DNA of 64,000 bases, from assembly GCF_030684315.1 (NCBI RefSeq), contig NC_081392.1, positions 7,981,113-8,045,112 of the forward strand. The letters are read 5' to 3'. A program made the translations under genes and the position numbers. Positions 1 through 12,270 of the stretch are shown here, piece by piece (position 1 is the first letter of the stretch; every line of letters begins with the position of its first letter). The notes beneath the pieces are model-generated. The model ran no database searches. It worked only from the letters and a program-made list of their open reading frames with translations, and was not told where the DNA came from. The stretch is from Stegostoma tigrinum (Eukaryota).

Positions 1-799
1 TGGATTCTGAAGCATAACTTGGCACTGGTCATGCAAAATACTGAAAAGTTCATACAGGCCCTGCACTTCACCCTTCACTTGCTTCACTGAATGAGGAAGT
101 GGAGGCAGCTGAAAATGCAAAAACACTATTTTGAAATTTGTTGCTGATGCACTACCCCACCTCTCCCTTCCCCATCTGTCCTCCATCTGTTCTCTCCCTA
201 TCTTTCCTATCTATTCCCCATCCTTCTACCTTTCCGCCTCGCAATTTACCCTTTCTTCCTCAATCTCCTCTCTCAACCCAATGCCCTCCTACCTACCCCC
301 TCTCTGCTTTTGCCCCAACACTAAATGCATCCATTCACAGCCACTCAGATTCTGCATTCCACTTTAGGGTCTGGTGATGCCTTAACAGGAATCTCACAAG
401 TGCGTTGGGCCATCCCTGCTTTTCTCTTTTCAGTCAGGTTTCACAGAATTATGTCAAATTTATCCATTTTTCTCTCATTAAGTCCAACCGTACAAGATGC
501 CTGATTGCAGTGAACAGTCGCTACGTAGTCAGCTTTGCCAGCAATTCAGAGCCGGCTGATCAACGGTAGCAACCTTCATAGCTTTACAGGAACCGTTTGA
601 CTAGCTCTGGTTGTTCGATATTATGTACTTAAAACTGTGCTATAAGAAGTATTTATCATACTGCCTCCTCACGTGAGAATTCCTGAACAGATACAAACCC
701 CAGCATGGATAATAACTTCCTCCAGTAAATCTGAATGAGGTGACCACTTGTATTTGTGTAGTTAACACAATCTGCTCCACAGACACAATATTGTTCAAA

Positions 800-1270
800 C
801 ATTTGACATTGAGTCACAGAAAGGTATATGTAGACATGACCACAAGTTTATTCAGATCAAAAGAATGTGTTAAAAAGATAGAGAGGCTGAGACGTTTAGG
901 GAGAGAATTCCAGAGTCTATACTTCTGGTCACTGAAGGGACAGTGAAGATTGCGGAATTAAAATCAGCGATGTTTAGAATTAGAGTTCTGGAAACCTTGG
1001 ATGGTCGGCGGGGGGGTCTAAAGAGAATGAGACCAGGGAAGGGTTTAAACAGTCGGTTGCGAATTTATAGCACTGTTGGTGAATCAAGACCCAGCAATGG
1101 GAAAGCGTGCACAGGAAATGATGGATGGACTGGACTTGGTCTGAGTTTTACGATAGGGACAGCCGACGAGAGTTGTCGGATGGGAAGTATCTCAATAGCC
1201 AAAGTGAAATCCAGCCAACGGATTCATCTCGGAGTGTCTGTAAGAGTTCAGATGCAATCATTTTAAATGT
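800..1270 (-). mobile_element. Degraded L2-clade LINE 3' fragment
   Basis: Resembles the L2-type tail also seen at ~30030-30310 and 11320-11590 (gagagaattccagag...ctgaagg...); no intact ORF. Confidence 0.45.
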
Positions 1271-1362
1271 GCCACACAAGAGACTGACAACTTTATGATT
1301 GAGTTTACGCAGCCCAAACGCTTTCTGCAATTGATCTATGATGGGTCCTGCAAACTTCCTCA

Positions 1363-1554
<192 letters not shown>

Positions 1555-1558
1555 TCAT

Positions 1559-1620
1559 ACTTCCTCGCACTCTGCCTCCAACAGCAGCTTAAGATCTTGC
1601 ACTCACGTGTTCATTTCCTG
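1559..1620 (-). promoter_or_regulatory. ETS motifs and E-box just upstream of the MAP4K start
   Basis: GAGGAAGT (1566-1559, PU.1-type), CAGGAAATG (1620-1612), CACGTG (1604-1609); compatible with a haematopoietic promoter, motif evidence only. Confidence 0.35.
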
Positions 1621-2377
1621 TCCCAGGACTGAAAATACCCACGGTGTTTCACTGCCCTCTAGTGACTTTCAGGAGGACAGATCTCTTTCCTCGTCTGTTG
1701 ACTCCATTTTGTCCCTATTTCTCAAGCGTTCATTCCTTCCACACTCAACGGGACGTACAGCCGCTTCACACTTTCATATGTGTTTGAAGTGTCACCCTAC
1801 AATAATCTTTTCACAGATGCTGGTTAACCTGAATGCTTCCAGAAGCGTTTAGTGGTTCAGCTTGTTCCCTCTGAACCAGTGCAATATTTTGGAAGACAAT
1901 TGTGAGCTATACTCAAGATCATTGTGTTGGGTTTTGGGTTGAGGCAGGTGCTGTGACTAATTTAGTGAGCTAAGCAGGTGAGGCTGAGGTACTGGTTATA
2001 ATTAAACTTTAAAAACATTGCCACGTTGCAACTCCGGATTCCTGGAATGCTATCTATAGAACAGAACAAGACAGAGTTAAGTAAGGATGCAATGGAGAGA
2101 GGTTGAGAGTGAGAGGCTTTTGTCGATCAGAAGTTATTCCTTTTGGGCATTTTTTCCAATAATATGAAAGGGGACTGTTAACTAATCCCTCTAAGTATTT
2201 TCTAATTATCTCCCAAACTGGGTTAGGGTTTAGGACACAATTTTAAGTGGGCTAGAGTCTAGATCCCATGATAGCATTGGCTGGGATTAGAATTGAGAAC
2301 TGTACGACAACATAGATAAATGTCTAGCACTCAGGTTTAACATGGCTTACGGTCTAAAGTAAGGGTCTAGACTATAA

Positions 2378-2692
2378 GGGGCTGTATGGTGGCTCACTGG
2401 TTAGCACTGCTTCCTCACAGCACCAGAGACCCAGTTTGATTCCAGCTGTCTGTGTGATGTTTGCACATTCTCCCTGGTCTGCTTGGGTTTCCTCCCACAG
2501 TCTCAAGATGTTCAGGTTAGGGTGGATTGGCCATTCTAAATTGTTCAGGAATGTGCAGACTAGGCAGATTAGTCATGGGAAATGCAGGGATAGGGTAGAG
2601 GAGTGCGGGTTTGAGTGGGCTGCTCTTCAAAGGGTCACTGTGGACTTGATGGGCTGAGTAGCCTGCTTCCACACTGTAGGGATTCTGTGATT
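2378..2692 (+). mobile_element. HE1-type tRNA-derived V-SINE
   Basis: Head ggtggctcactggttagcactgc...ctcacagcaccagagacc, V-domain tttgcacattctccc...gggtttcctcccacag, tail ttccacactgtagggattct. Confidence 0.85.
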
Positions 2693-3109
2693 CACAGTCA
2701 ATTGTGGAAGTGAATGGGATGGAAGTTATGCTACAGTTGTAGAAGTCCATGGTTGCAACACATCTGGAATATTTCATTCAGCTCTAGGTACTGCAACTCA
2801 GAAAATATATATGAGCTAGGAGTTTCTCCAACAATTTCTGCTTTTGTTTCAGATCATTAGCATCCGCAGTTTGTTTATTTCAGGAAGGTTGCATTTGCCT
2901 GGAGCTATGGTAGCACAAATTCTGCAATTCATCCCTGGTCCTTACATTCACCTTAAAACTTTTGAAGTAATTGCACACTGAGGTAGCACTCCTTCCTGGG
3001 TGATTCAACCAAGAAATACAACTTAAGTCTACAATATACCACTTTAGACCTCAGATGGTGCATTCTATCCCAATTCCAACATAATTCCAGCTGTATGTCA
3101 ACACCTCGG

Positions 3110-3265
3110 AGATAACAAGAACTGCAGCTGCTTGAGGTAGTCAATACAGTGTCAAGCTGGAGGAACATAGCAGGCCAGGCAGCATCAGACAGTAAGATGA
3201 AAGGTCCAGGCCCCAAACATTGACTCTCCTACTCCTTTGATGCTGCCTGGCCTGCTGTGTACCTC
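3110..3265. mobile_element. Penelope pLTR-derived hairpin (inverted pair)
   Basis: agcaggccaggcagcatca ... tgatgctgcctggcctgct inverted arms; same family as 15538-15699 and 40939-41146. Confidence 0.6.
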
Positions 3266-3444
3266 AAGTACATCAATGCCTACCTTGCAGGGGTCTCCAG
3301 TTACATGGGGAGTCAGGACCCACGCTCTCAGAATCTGACTTGATTTGTTGTCCGTGGTGTTCTTGGCTAGTTAAAGGGTATCAAAGGGAAGTTAGGCAAT
3401 GGCTGTAACTCCAGTCTTATAGAATTAGACTAACTATAAAGTTA

Positions 3445-3840
3445 GTTGATGTAGTCTTACCAGGCCATTTTGCTTCTCTTTCATTGCAGACCTGAAGGTC
3501 ACCACACCTCAGGGGGCAAGTAAAGAAATTGAGAAGGAGAGTCCTTCATGGTAACCTCAGCTGTGCAGGAGTTGAATCCGCGCTGTTGGTGTCATTCTGC
3601 ATTGTAAAACCAACTGTACAGCCAACTGAGCTAACCCCCTCTTAAAGTTACCTTAATCCCAGAGGGCCATAGGGCTCCTCTCATGACAGAGAGAGAGACA
3701 CAACTGGTGGTGGTTTAACCTGAGGGTCACTACACCTCAGACAAGGATAGAGATTGAGAAGAAAAGTCCTTCATGATAATCTCAGTCAGTGCAGGAATTG
3801 AACCCACGTTATTGGCATCATTCCGCACCACTGACCAGTT
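3445..3840 (-). mobile_element. Two tandem copies of a tRNA-derived SINE
   Basis: Repeated unit cctgaaggtcaccacacctcag...gagaagg...gtccttcatg...gtgcagga.ttgaa.cc; minus strand reads A-box TAGCTCAGTTGG and B-box-like GGTTCAATTCC. Confidence 0.65.
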
Positions 3841-3859
3841 GAGAGACCAGTGCTTGAAT

Positions 3860-4091
3860 AGAGTGAAAGGGAAGATGTGTTTTTCCCCTGACAGAGAGGT
3901 CAGTCACCAGGGTCAGAAATTTAATGTGTCGTCAATAGGGTTTTGAGAGGAAATGAAGAATACATTTTTTCAGCTAGAAGGTGATGAGCGTCTGGAAGTT
4001 GTCCAGTTTGGTGACTGCAGTAGAAAACCTTGAAATGAACCTAGATCTGCACCTAAAGCACTTTAGCCTGCAGCCTACAGACCAGATGCCT

Positions 4092-4153
<62 letters not shown>

Positions 4154-4265
4154 TAGATAGATAGATAGATAGATCAGAGTGGGCACCTAGTTTGTTAGAC
4201 CAACTGGTGCAGACACAATGGACTGAATGGCCTCTTCCTATGCTGCCACTTTTCTCCAGTTCTAC
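3860..4265 (+). mobile_element. CR1/HER1 LINE 3' end, degraded
   Basis: gatgtgtttttcccc...gaaatgaagaatacatttttttcagc...atggactgaatggcctcttcc, the CR1 3' signature seen in other copies. Confidence 0.65.
4094..4174 (+). repeat. (GA)n(GATA)n compound microsatellite
   Basis: Directly visible. Confidence 0.95.
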
Positions 4266-4371
4266 GTTGGATTGTCCTTAACCCAAAAAAATCATTAGTC
4301 GGCATCCTTGGAATTGCAGAGTTATTCTGGAGCCTGGGCCTCATTTCCAAGCTAATTCCCTCAAAAATTTA

Positions 4372-4955
4372 TAAAAACAGAAATTGCTGAAAGAATTCAG
4401 CAGGTTTGGCAGCATCTTTACAAAACGAAAGAGAATTAGCATTCTGTGTCCAATGTCCCTTCTTCAGAACTGGTTGTAGCTAGGAAAATATTGGCACTAC
4501 ACTAACAATGTGTCTGGTGGCAAAGTTCAGCACAAGCTGGAAGAACAGCACCTAGTTTTCTGCTTGGGAACCCTGCAGCCTTCTATACTCAACATTTAGT
4601 TCAACAATTTTAGGGCTTAAGCACTTTCTTCCACATGCCTCACACCAAACTTTGTCATCACATGAGTTGCTACCATAAACAATCCATTGTCAGCCACTAT
4701 TGGTCCCCATTAGCAGCTATTCATTTTCCTATGCTGACCTTTACCCAGTCCTTTGTCTGCTCAATTGCTTTTCTCTCTTGCCAGGCTCCATCTCCACCTA
4801 CCCCTCTTCCCAATCCCCTTCTTAGCATATCTAACAGTTTCCTAGCTACAATCAAGTCTAACAAAAGGGTCACTGAACCCGAAATGTTAGCTCTGCTTTC
4901 TTTCTACAGATGCTGCCGGACCTACTGAGTCTTTGCAGCAATTTCTGTTTTCATT
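4372..4955. mobile_element. Penelope-like element remnant with inverted terminal pLTRs
   Basis: Left aaaacagaaattgctgaaagaattcagcagg... is the reverse complement of right ...cctactgagtctttgcagcaatttctgtttt; interior encodes KLEEQHLVFCLGTLQP (GIY-YIG C-terminus). Confidence 0.75.
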
Positions 4956-5149
4956 TGATTTCTACCATCTGCACTTCTTTGGTTTTCTTCTACCTCCACC
5001 CAAACATTTATTTGTTGAGAGTATGAACCATCCTATGACCCTTTAACAAGTCAGATCCTGCATTCTTGAGGCACAGTGTCAAGGGGTCAGAGGTGAAAAG
5101 TTGTCTGACGAAGTGAGTAAGCCATTGAACTATGAGAAATGACAGCCAG

Positions 5150-5195
5150 GAACCAAAGAAACAACACAGGATACATCAAAAGGAAAATGTTTATT
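5150..5195 (-). terminator. Probable polyadenylation site of SERTAD gene A (3' UTR ~1.8 kb)
   Basis: AATAAA at 5195-5190 followed on the minus strand by U/GU-rich ttttgatgtatcctgtgttgtttctttgg. Confidence 0.6.
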
Positions 5196-6863
5196 GTTCT
5201 TAAATTAATTCTGTATAGCTCAAAAGCAGTAGAGTGTAATTTTGTTATTTAGGTAATGCTGACAAAAGCAGGCATGAAAGAAAGAAGGACTGGAATGACC
5301 CACATGTGAACAGATTCAGGAAGGGACTGGGCACTAAGGCGATAAACAGGGGAACAAAGCCCAGCTTCATTGTTATAATCTGAATGTCTTCATGATTCCT
5401 TGGAGTTTGTTCCTTAGAGGAACAGAGCCAGCAGAGCCCATGTCCCTTTGCACCCAAGATTAAGCTCCAAAATCTTGCCTGGCTGTTCAATAAATACATT
5501 GGGTGGATCACTGTTGGTCATGAGGTTAAACACAGGCACACACTGCCCGCAGTGTGTGCCAGAACAATCTGCATCCATCCCACCTCAAACAGGAAGATGG
5601 CATGTGACATGTCCCCTTTGGGTAAAAGTTACAACATTGAAAAATATTACTAGTACCACCACTGTCAAAAAGAACAGGCAGTGACAGGCAGAGCACCTCA
5701 GTGAGGGGCAACAAAGGGGAGAGGAATAAAAATAATTGTCAAGGACAGTGGAGCCCACACCCTAGGGAGAGTTAGGGTCTATGAAACCTATACCCCAGGA
5801 AGAGTTGGGGCCTGTGGAATCTGTGCCCCAAAGAGACTCTGGGTATGAGCAACCCATAACCAGCAAGAGTCAGCACCTTTAGGAGAGGCAAAAAAAAAGC
5901 ATTGCAAAATAAATAGATCAAATGACATTGCATCTTTATCCAGGCCCTTGTCCACATTTGGCAAGTATTCAAATGTTAACAACTTGGAGTAACGAAGGCA
6001 TGCAGAGGACAAAATATATACGCACATCTATTATATGTACAGAATCTCAGTATTAACACATACATACAGAAAAGTTAAAATTAGGGATGAGCAATTCAAC
6101 TGGGCATTAGATATATGGAAAATGGGAGATGGGAACTTCTCTTTAGAAAAGAGATGATGTGAACTTCACTAACACGCCGTGCTCCCTGCTACATTGTTCT
6201 TCTGCACGGAATTCCGAGATCCGTATGTAGCAGCAACTTTCAGAACTAGATATTGATGCTGCAAGCAGCATGGCACGTCGATTGCTGTGCACAGACCCTC
6301 AGAACAGCTACATGTGCAAACTTAGATGGAATGTTGCTGACGAGGATAGAATTTCTGACCCATCTCTAATTGTCCTTGAGGTGGTGGTGAACTGCCTTCT
6401 TGAAAATTTGCAATCCGACTTGTTAAAATTACGCCTCCCACTGTGGTGCTGCTTGGATGCACACAAGTAGGTCATCTGCACCCATTTCTGCAGCCCAACG
6501 GAACTCTCTATTCACTTTGCTTCTGACATGAAGATAATCAGCAGACCACCCCTCCTGTCAGTATTTCAGAAATTTCACAGAGACGGGCCATTCGGCCCAA
6601 CTGGACTATGCTGGTGTCAGTGCTCCCTATGAGTCTCCTCCTACCCAACCTCATCTGATTCTATGAGTCCAAACTTTTATTCCTTTCCCTCCCTATGTGC
6701 ATATCCAGTCTCCATCCATGTGTAGAATTGTCTGCCAGCAGAAGGTAAAACTGTCTTTTCCTCGGGGGAAAAGGTATGAGCCCAGTGGCTTTAAAGTAGG
6801 GATTCTAATAGAGGAGAATGTTCAGAGGGCAGAAACTCCGCAAAGGGAAAGAGTTGATGGGCT

Positions 6864-6888
6864 GGGGGGGGGGGGGGGGGGGGGGGGG
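6864..6888 (+). repeat. G25 homopolymer (C25 in SERTAD-A 3' UTR)
   Basis: Directly visible; length may be assembly-dependent. Confidence 0.9.
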
Positions 6889-7006
6889 TAGTGTGGTGGT
6901 GGAACAGCAGCCCAGGGAGTTCTTATTGAAGTCTTTTGGGTTTTGGAACAACACCAGTTGATATTCCAAAGGTTTATAAAAAGGGAATAAATCCCTGAAC
7001 AAAGTA

Positions 7007-7787
7007 TCAACCGACAAGAAGATCCATTAGATTTTCCAACTCAGTAATATCTGTCCGGCTGTTGTGGGGTTTCGCCGAAGGGGTGCCTCGTGAAGCTTTG
7101 ATGGGCTGGATAGTGGGACAGGCCCCAGCAGGGAAGCCCTGCTGGACATCATACATTGAGGTGTCAATGTCTTCAAAGATTGCGTCGAGGGAACCGTCGA
7201 TGAGGAAGTCATCCGAGTCAGCAATTTCAAAGGCTGCGAAGATGGAATCGGGGGGCTTGGGCTCCGCCCGGGGATCCGGACTCGCTGGCTTCAGCGGCAA
7301 GAGGTGGTCATCTTCGGGAGAAGCTTGGTCTGGAGGGGGGCTCAGGTCCTCCACAAAGTCCAGGTCCTGAAGGATGGTGGAGATGGCAGAGGACAATGAA
7401 CTGTCGTTACCAGAGAGGAGACAGAAGGGTGGCTCCGTGAGGCTCGGCGATGGTGCCCTGGCAAGGTTATTGTTTAGGTCAGTGATCTCCTCTCCCATCT
7501 TGGAGACAGGTTGGCTGGTGGGTTTCTCAGGTGGCGGCAGTGGCATCTTGTTGAGCATCTCATTGCGGCCATTCTCCCAGTGGACCTCCGCTTGCAGCCT
7601 GCGCAAGGTATTGGCGATCAGCACTGAGCGGTGTAGGTTGCGCTCAGCCAGAACACAGTTCTGGTGCAATTTAAGCAGTGAGATGTCCAGCAGCGTGCCG
7701 CAGTGGAAGGTTTGTGGGGTGCATGCTGCTGCAGTCTGCCCATCGTCTTCGTGGCGTTTCCGCTTCACTCCTTTACCCAACGGAAAA
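7007..7787 (-). CDS. SERTA-domain transcriptional co-regulator, gene A (SERTAD1-like position); coding exon begins at acceptor 7787, start codon unresolved
   Basis: Open frame: LGKGVKRKR basic N-terminus, SERTA domain LLDISLLKL...ERNLHRSVLIANTLRRLQAE, SLSSAISTIL, FEDIDTSMYD, C-terminal ELENLMDLLVG*. Acceptor tttttgttttgcgcag|T at 7789/7787. No in-frame ATG before codon at 7558. Confidence 0.9.
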
Positions 7788-7859
7788 CTGCGCAAAACAA
7801 AAAGACACTAATCAACCCTCAGAATAGAAAATGCTAAAAAAAAGTCCTCACCAGGATCA

Positions 7860-8600
7860 GGCAGCTACTGCGCAGAGAAGTTGAGTAAACGTTGTAATCT
7901 TTCATAATAACTAGGAAAACTTTGAGATTTAGCAGTTTTTAGCACAAAGAGACAGAGACAAACGTAAGACGAGGGGAAGAAAATTAAAGGGAGAGATTTG
8001 TGATAAAGGTACGAAATTCCATAAGTATTCAGCAGGTCTACTGATAGAGAGAGAATGCGAGGCTTTAGTTCTATTGGAAGGTCATTAATCGGAAATGTTG
8101 ATCTACCAATATTGCCGGACCTGCTGGGCATTTCCAGTGTTTCCTGTTTTCAAAACAAATCTCAAAATCCACCATTTAGTTTAAATGATAGGAGTGACTA
8201 ATGGGATGATGCTGGAAAGCAAAAGGAGATGGTAATGGGACAAGGAATAACGAAGAAAACTTGGTCCAAGAAGGGAAGTGGGAAAAGCAGAACAATTACC
8301 AACAGCTGTTATCTTGGAGAAATCAGAGCTGCAGTTATTCACGAGTTGTTGAGCACAATGCTGAGTCCAGAAAGCTATAAAATGCCCAATTAAAAGATGG
8401 CGTGATGTGATTCAAGTTTGCGCCGAAGTTCACCAGATCAGTTTGAAGAGGCAAGGACAGGAGAACTACAGTGGTAAACAAAATCTCAGGGTCACACTTG
8501 CAGACTGAATAAGGTATTCCATAAAAACGGTCACCCAATCTGCTTCCAGTATCTCCAGTGTAGATTGGTTGCATTGTAAACAGAGTATACATTATTTACA
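7860..8600 (-). mobile_element. Degraded Penelope-like element (GIY-YIG remnant plus pLTR pieces)
   Basis: Minus frame IYTGDTGSRLGDRF resembles YIGETKRRLGDRF at 60061; pLTR-like gacctgctgggcatttccag at ~8120. Confidence 0.55.
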
Positions 8601-9607
8601 ATGGATGTTCACCCACATGTTGCAAATCCATCAGCATATCATTATAGAAATACTCTCCTAATTTCTAATCAACTAGGTAGCAGGTTCAGTTGGAGAACTT
8701 CCTACAACTGACTTCCCATGATCACGTAACACCAATTCCTTTGCATTCCAGACAGAGAGGAGATCTTTCACTCCTTTTGGATTTTCAAAGTCCAGCATTT
8801 TGCCCAAATCATGCACTTATGTCTCCTGCAGCTGCTGACTCACTCCACAACAACTTCTTCTCTTTTAAGCTGCTGTGGTTGCCTTAGGTCTACACTATAC
8901 ACATCCCTACTTAAACTCTCTGCTGCTCTCTTTTACTTTGGGAGGCTTGTCTGGTTAAAGTGGTGTTGCTAGCTATTCAACTGCTGCATGCCTACTCCAA
9001 TTATTGTTGGAAAAAGAGAAAATATATGGTACAGTGTTGTTTAGAGCTGGCAGAAAATGCTATATTTATAAATGTGTCTTTTCTGATCGACAAGATGGGA
9101 CGAGTCGACTCCCACAGGAGTTGGTGCTGAAGCCTCAATTTTTACTATTTACACCAATTAATTAGAAGAGTGAGGGCACAGAAGCTAAAATTTTGCATAA
9201 TACTTTCCTATTTCAGCATTTAAGAAAATATAATAAGGCGTTTGCTGATGGATACGGATAGGTTGAGTAATTGGGATGATGTACAACGGGAGAAAATTTG
9301 AAGTTGAGCAGGAAGAGTGAATAAACAAAACATTTCTTAAGCAGAGAGTGACTGCAGAATTTTGAGATGTTCTGATTGATGGAAATTTTGCAAAGGAGGT
9401 ACAGCATGCAAGAGGCTAATGGGATGCAATCCCCTTATTACAAGATGAATTGAACATAAGGAAAAAATGTTATCCTTCAGTTACACAGGGAATTGGTGAG
9501 ACCACATTGTGAATAGGGTGTGCAGTTTTGATCTTATTGAAGGATGTAAATTCATTGGAAGTGATTTAGAGGAGATTTGCCAGATTGACACCTGAAATGA
9601 GTAGGTT

Positions 9608-9930
9608 AGATTCATAGAATCCCTAGTGTGGAAGCAGGCCATTTCATCCATCAAATCCACACTGACCTTCCAAAGAGCATCCCACCCAGATCCACTCCAC
9701 TACCATATCCCTGTAACATTTTCCATACCTAATCCACCCAGCCTGCACATCCCTGGACTCTACAGGGCAATTTAGCATAGCCAATCAACCTAACCTGCAC
9801 ATCTTTGGACTGTGGGAGGAAACACATGCAGATATGGGGAGAACGTGCTAACAGTTGCCCGAGGGCAGAATTGAACCCAGGTCCCTAGCACAGTGAGGTA
9901 GCGGTGCAAGCTGCCGAGCCATCATGCCAC
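9608..9930 (-). mobile_element. HE1-type SINE
   Basis: catagaatccc...ggcaatttagcat...aacctgcacatctttggactgtgggaggaaac...gtgaggtagcggtgc. Confidence 0.85.
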
Positions 9931-10299
9931 CAGGTTGTCTTACAAGGAAAGGTTGGACAGTCTGGTTTCATTTCTACTAAAATTTAGAAGAGTGAGCAGT
10001 GACTTGAGTGAAGTAAACAAGATACTGAATGTGGAAAGGATATTTTCTCTTATAAGGAAGTCCAGAACTGAGGGACACTAGACCTAAAAAGGTGTCCTGT
10101 GTATTTAGAACAGTGAGGAGAATTTTTTTTCAGGCTTGAACGACTTGGGAACTTTGTCTCAGAAGATAGTCGAAGCAGGGTCATTGAATATTTTTGAAGG
10201 CGATAGTAGATGGTTTTTAAGTAAGAATCTAAGAGTACTGCAGATACTGAAAATCAGAAACAAAAACAAATTTCGGGGAAAGCTCAGCAGGTCTCAGTT

Positions 10300-10330
10300 C
10301 TGAGGAAGGGTCATTGGACCTGAAACGTTA
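10300..10330 (+). ncRNA. Minimal hammerhead ribozyme motif in a Penelope pLTR
   Basis: CTGAGGA-A-GGGTC-ATTG-GACCT-GAAA-CGTTA: both core boxes intact, 5-bp stem II, palindromic AACGTT in place of stem III as described for Penelope hammerheads. Activity untested. Confidence 0.6.
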
Positions 10331-11319
10331 ACACTGATTTCTCTTCATAGATGCTGTCAGATCTGCCGAGCTTGCCAACAATTTTGGTTTTTGCATAGAC
10401 AGCTTCTTGCTAGGCAAAGGAATCAGACTTGTAGATAGATGAGAATGTGACATTTGGAATGCGGACAGATTGGCCAAAATCTCATTAAATGGTGAAGCAG
10501 GTTCAAGGACCGAAATAATTTATTTCCGTTCCTATTTCATGTTCATATGATTAAAACACATACACTACACAATGATGATGAGAGGGATTCTTTATTACAT
10601 TGATCATGAATTTTGATAGACAATAATGGGGAAAACCTAAATTAGATGAACAAAATTTACAAATGATGAATGCCCAATTTTGAGGATATTGTTGTAGAGC
10701 TTAACACCTGATCTCTAACCAGCTGGTTAATGAGTTCAGTTGGAGAAGCTCCTACAGTTAATTTCCCCATTACCACATGACACCGATTACCTTGTTGCCC
10801 AGACCAAAAAGAGATTTATTGCTTCTTGGATTTTGTTGCACTGAAGTTTTGTACAGATCATTCAATCAGGTCTCCTCTACCACTTCCCAGCTTTCTAGCT
10901 TCTAGAAAGTGACTTTGACCTTAACCAATCATGGCCCTGACTCTGCAAGGTTAAGCCACGAGTCAGGAACTCTGCACCACCTCCTGGCCACTGCCCTTCT
11001 CTGTCCCTGTCCACACCTCCCTCACCCTCCTCTCTCACTGAAGCTTCTCTGACTGAGGGATGTACCAGTCAGCCTGGCTAGATATCCAGTAATTGCAGGC
11101 CAGCTTCAATTCCCCTTCCTTGTTCTCTAGCCAGCAACAGGAGCACCCTACTCAAGTCCTGACTTTCTGCTCCTTCTTCTCTGTCCCTTACCATTCCTCT
11201 GGATCTGCCTTCTGGCCCCAGCTTGCCAAAGACACTGCTCCCCTGTGGGAAGAGGATCAAGGGAGCTTATATTCTGTTCCTCACCATCACTATCTGTTGT
11301 CAGAGACTCTGCTACAAAT

Positions 11320-11590
11320 GCAAGTTTCTCTAATTCTGGTCTTTCACACCCCCCACCCCCCACTTCTTTCACTCCACCGTTGTCGGCCATACCTTCAGCT
11401 GCCTGGGTCTTAAATTCTTTAATACATCCTTAAACCTCTCCTTCCTCCTTTAAGACATTTCTTAAAATGCATCATTTTTGATCACCTAGTGTAATATTTA
11501 TTTCTTTGGCTTGTTGTTAACTTTTGCCGCATTTATATTTCCGTGAGACTCCTTGTGGTGTTTTAAGATACAAGTGAGAATCGTTGTTAG
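11320..11590 (+). mobile_element. L2-clade LINE 3' tail
   Basis: ctctaattctggtc...ccaccgttgtcggccataccttcagctgcctggg...ctcctttaagacatttcttaaaa. Confidence 0.6.
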
Positions 11591-11997
11591 CTTCCAGTGA
11601 CCACTCACTGTCTAACAACCTTCACTGAGCTGTGTGCAATTTAGTATGGACAAAACCATGTGGAATAACCACAAAACTGCAATCATGTTGAGACCTGCAT
11701 CTCGGAAGCCAGTCAACATTGAAAGTACATTGAATCAACATCTAGTGTTAGACAGGAACAGGCAGAGGTGGAAGGTTTCTTCCCCTGAAGAGCATTAATG
11801 ATACTATTAGGTTTCAAAACAACAACCTCAATATTTATTGCCAATTTCAGTTTAGTTCCCAAAATAAAATGTAAAAGTATTCAATTCGATTTTAGAATGT
11901 GTCATGGTAGGATTTGGACTTATGAGCTCAAACTTGCTGACTCAGTAACGGAGCCGCTAGATTACTGTACCCTAAAACAAATTTTGCGTTTATAGAG

Positions 11998-12270
11998 GGT
12001 CATAGAATCCCTGGTGTGGAAACAGGCCATTCATTCCAAGAAGCCCACACCAACACTCCAAAGAGCATCCCAGTATTTCCCATGACTAATCCACATAGCA
12101 TCCACGGATGTGTAGGTTATGGACAATTTAGCATGGCCAATCCACCTAGCCTGAACATCTTTGGACTGTGGGAGGAAACCAGAGCACCCAGTGGAAACCC
12201 ACGCAGACATGCACCAAACAGACAGTCACCCAAGGCTGGAATTGAACCTGAGTTCCTGGCGCTGTGAGGT
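11998..12270 (-). mobile_element. HE1-type SINE
   Basis: catagaatccc...gtggaaacaggcc...ggaaacccacgcagac...cctggcgctgtgagg. Confidence 0.85.

Larger units (their letters stand above)
9090..10545 (+). mobile_element. Degraded CR1 RT/3' end interrupted by an HE1 SINE and a Penelope pLTR
   Basis: CR1-like ggtgctgaagcctcaa...ttggtgagaccaca...aggagatttgccagattga; sequence resumes after HE1 (aggttgtcttacaaggaaaggttggacag). Confidence 0.65.

Noticed and set aside
2378-2450. tRNA-like A/B boxes here and at other SINE heads as tRNA genes
   Set aside because: No complete cloverleaf; each continues into SINE body sequence.
7788-7795. ORF-track start of SERTAD-A at TTG 7795 (MRSFP...)
   Set aside because: Lies in the polypyrimidine tract upstream of the splice acceptor; intronic.
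7062-7811. Plus-strand ORFs of 102 and 145 aa (likewise 36176-36676 and 55992-56390)
   Set aside because: Antisense shadows of GC-rich real CDSs; no recognisable domains.
11148-11390. ORF MADNGGVKEV... as the missing coding first exon of SERTAD-A
   Set aside because: Its start is the antisense of an L2 tail, and both internal donors (11285, 11192) are phase 1 whereas phase 2 is needed.
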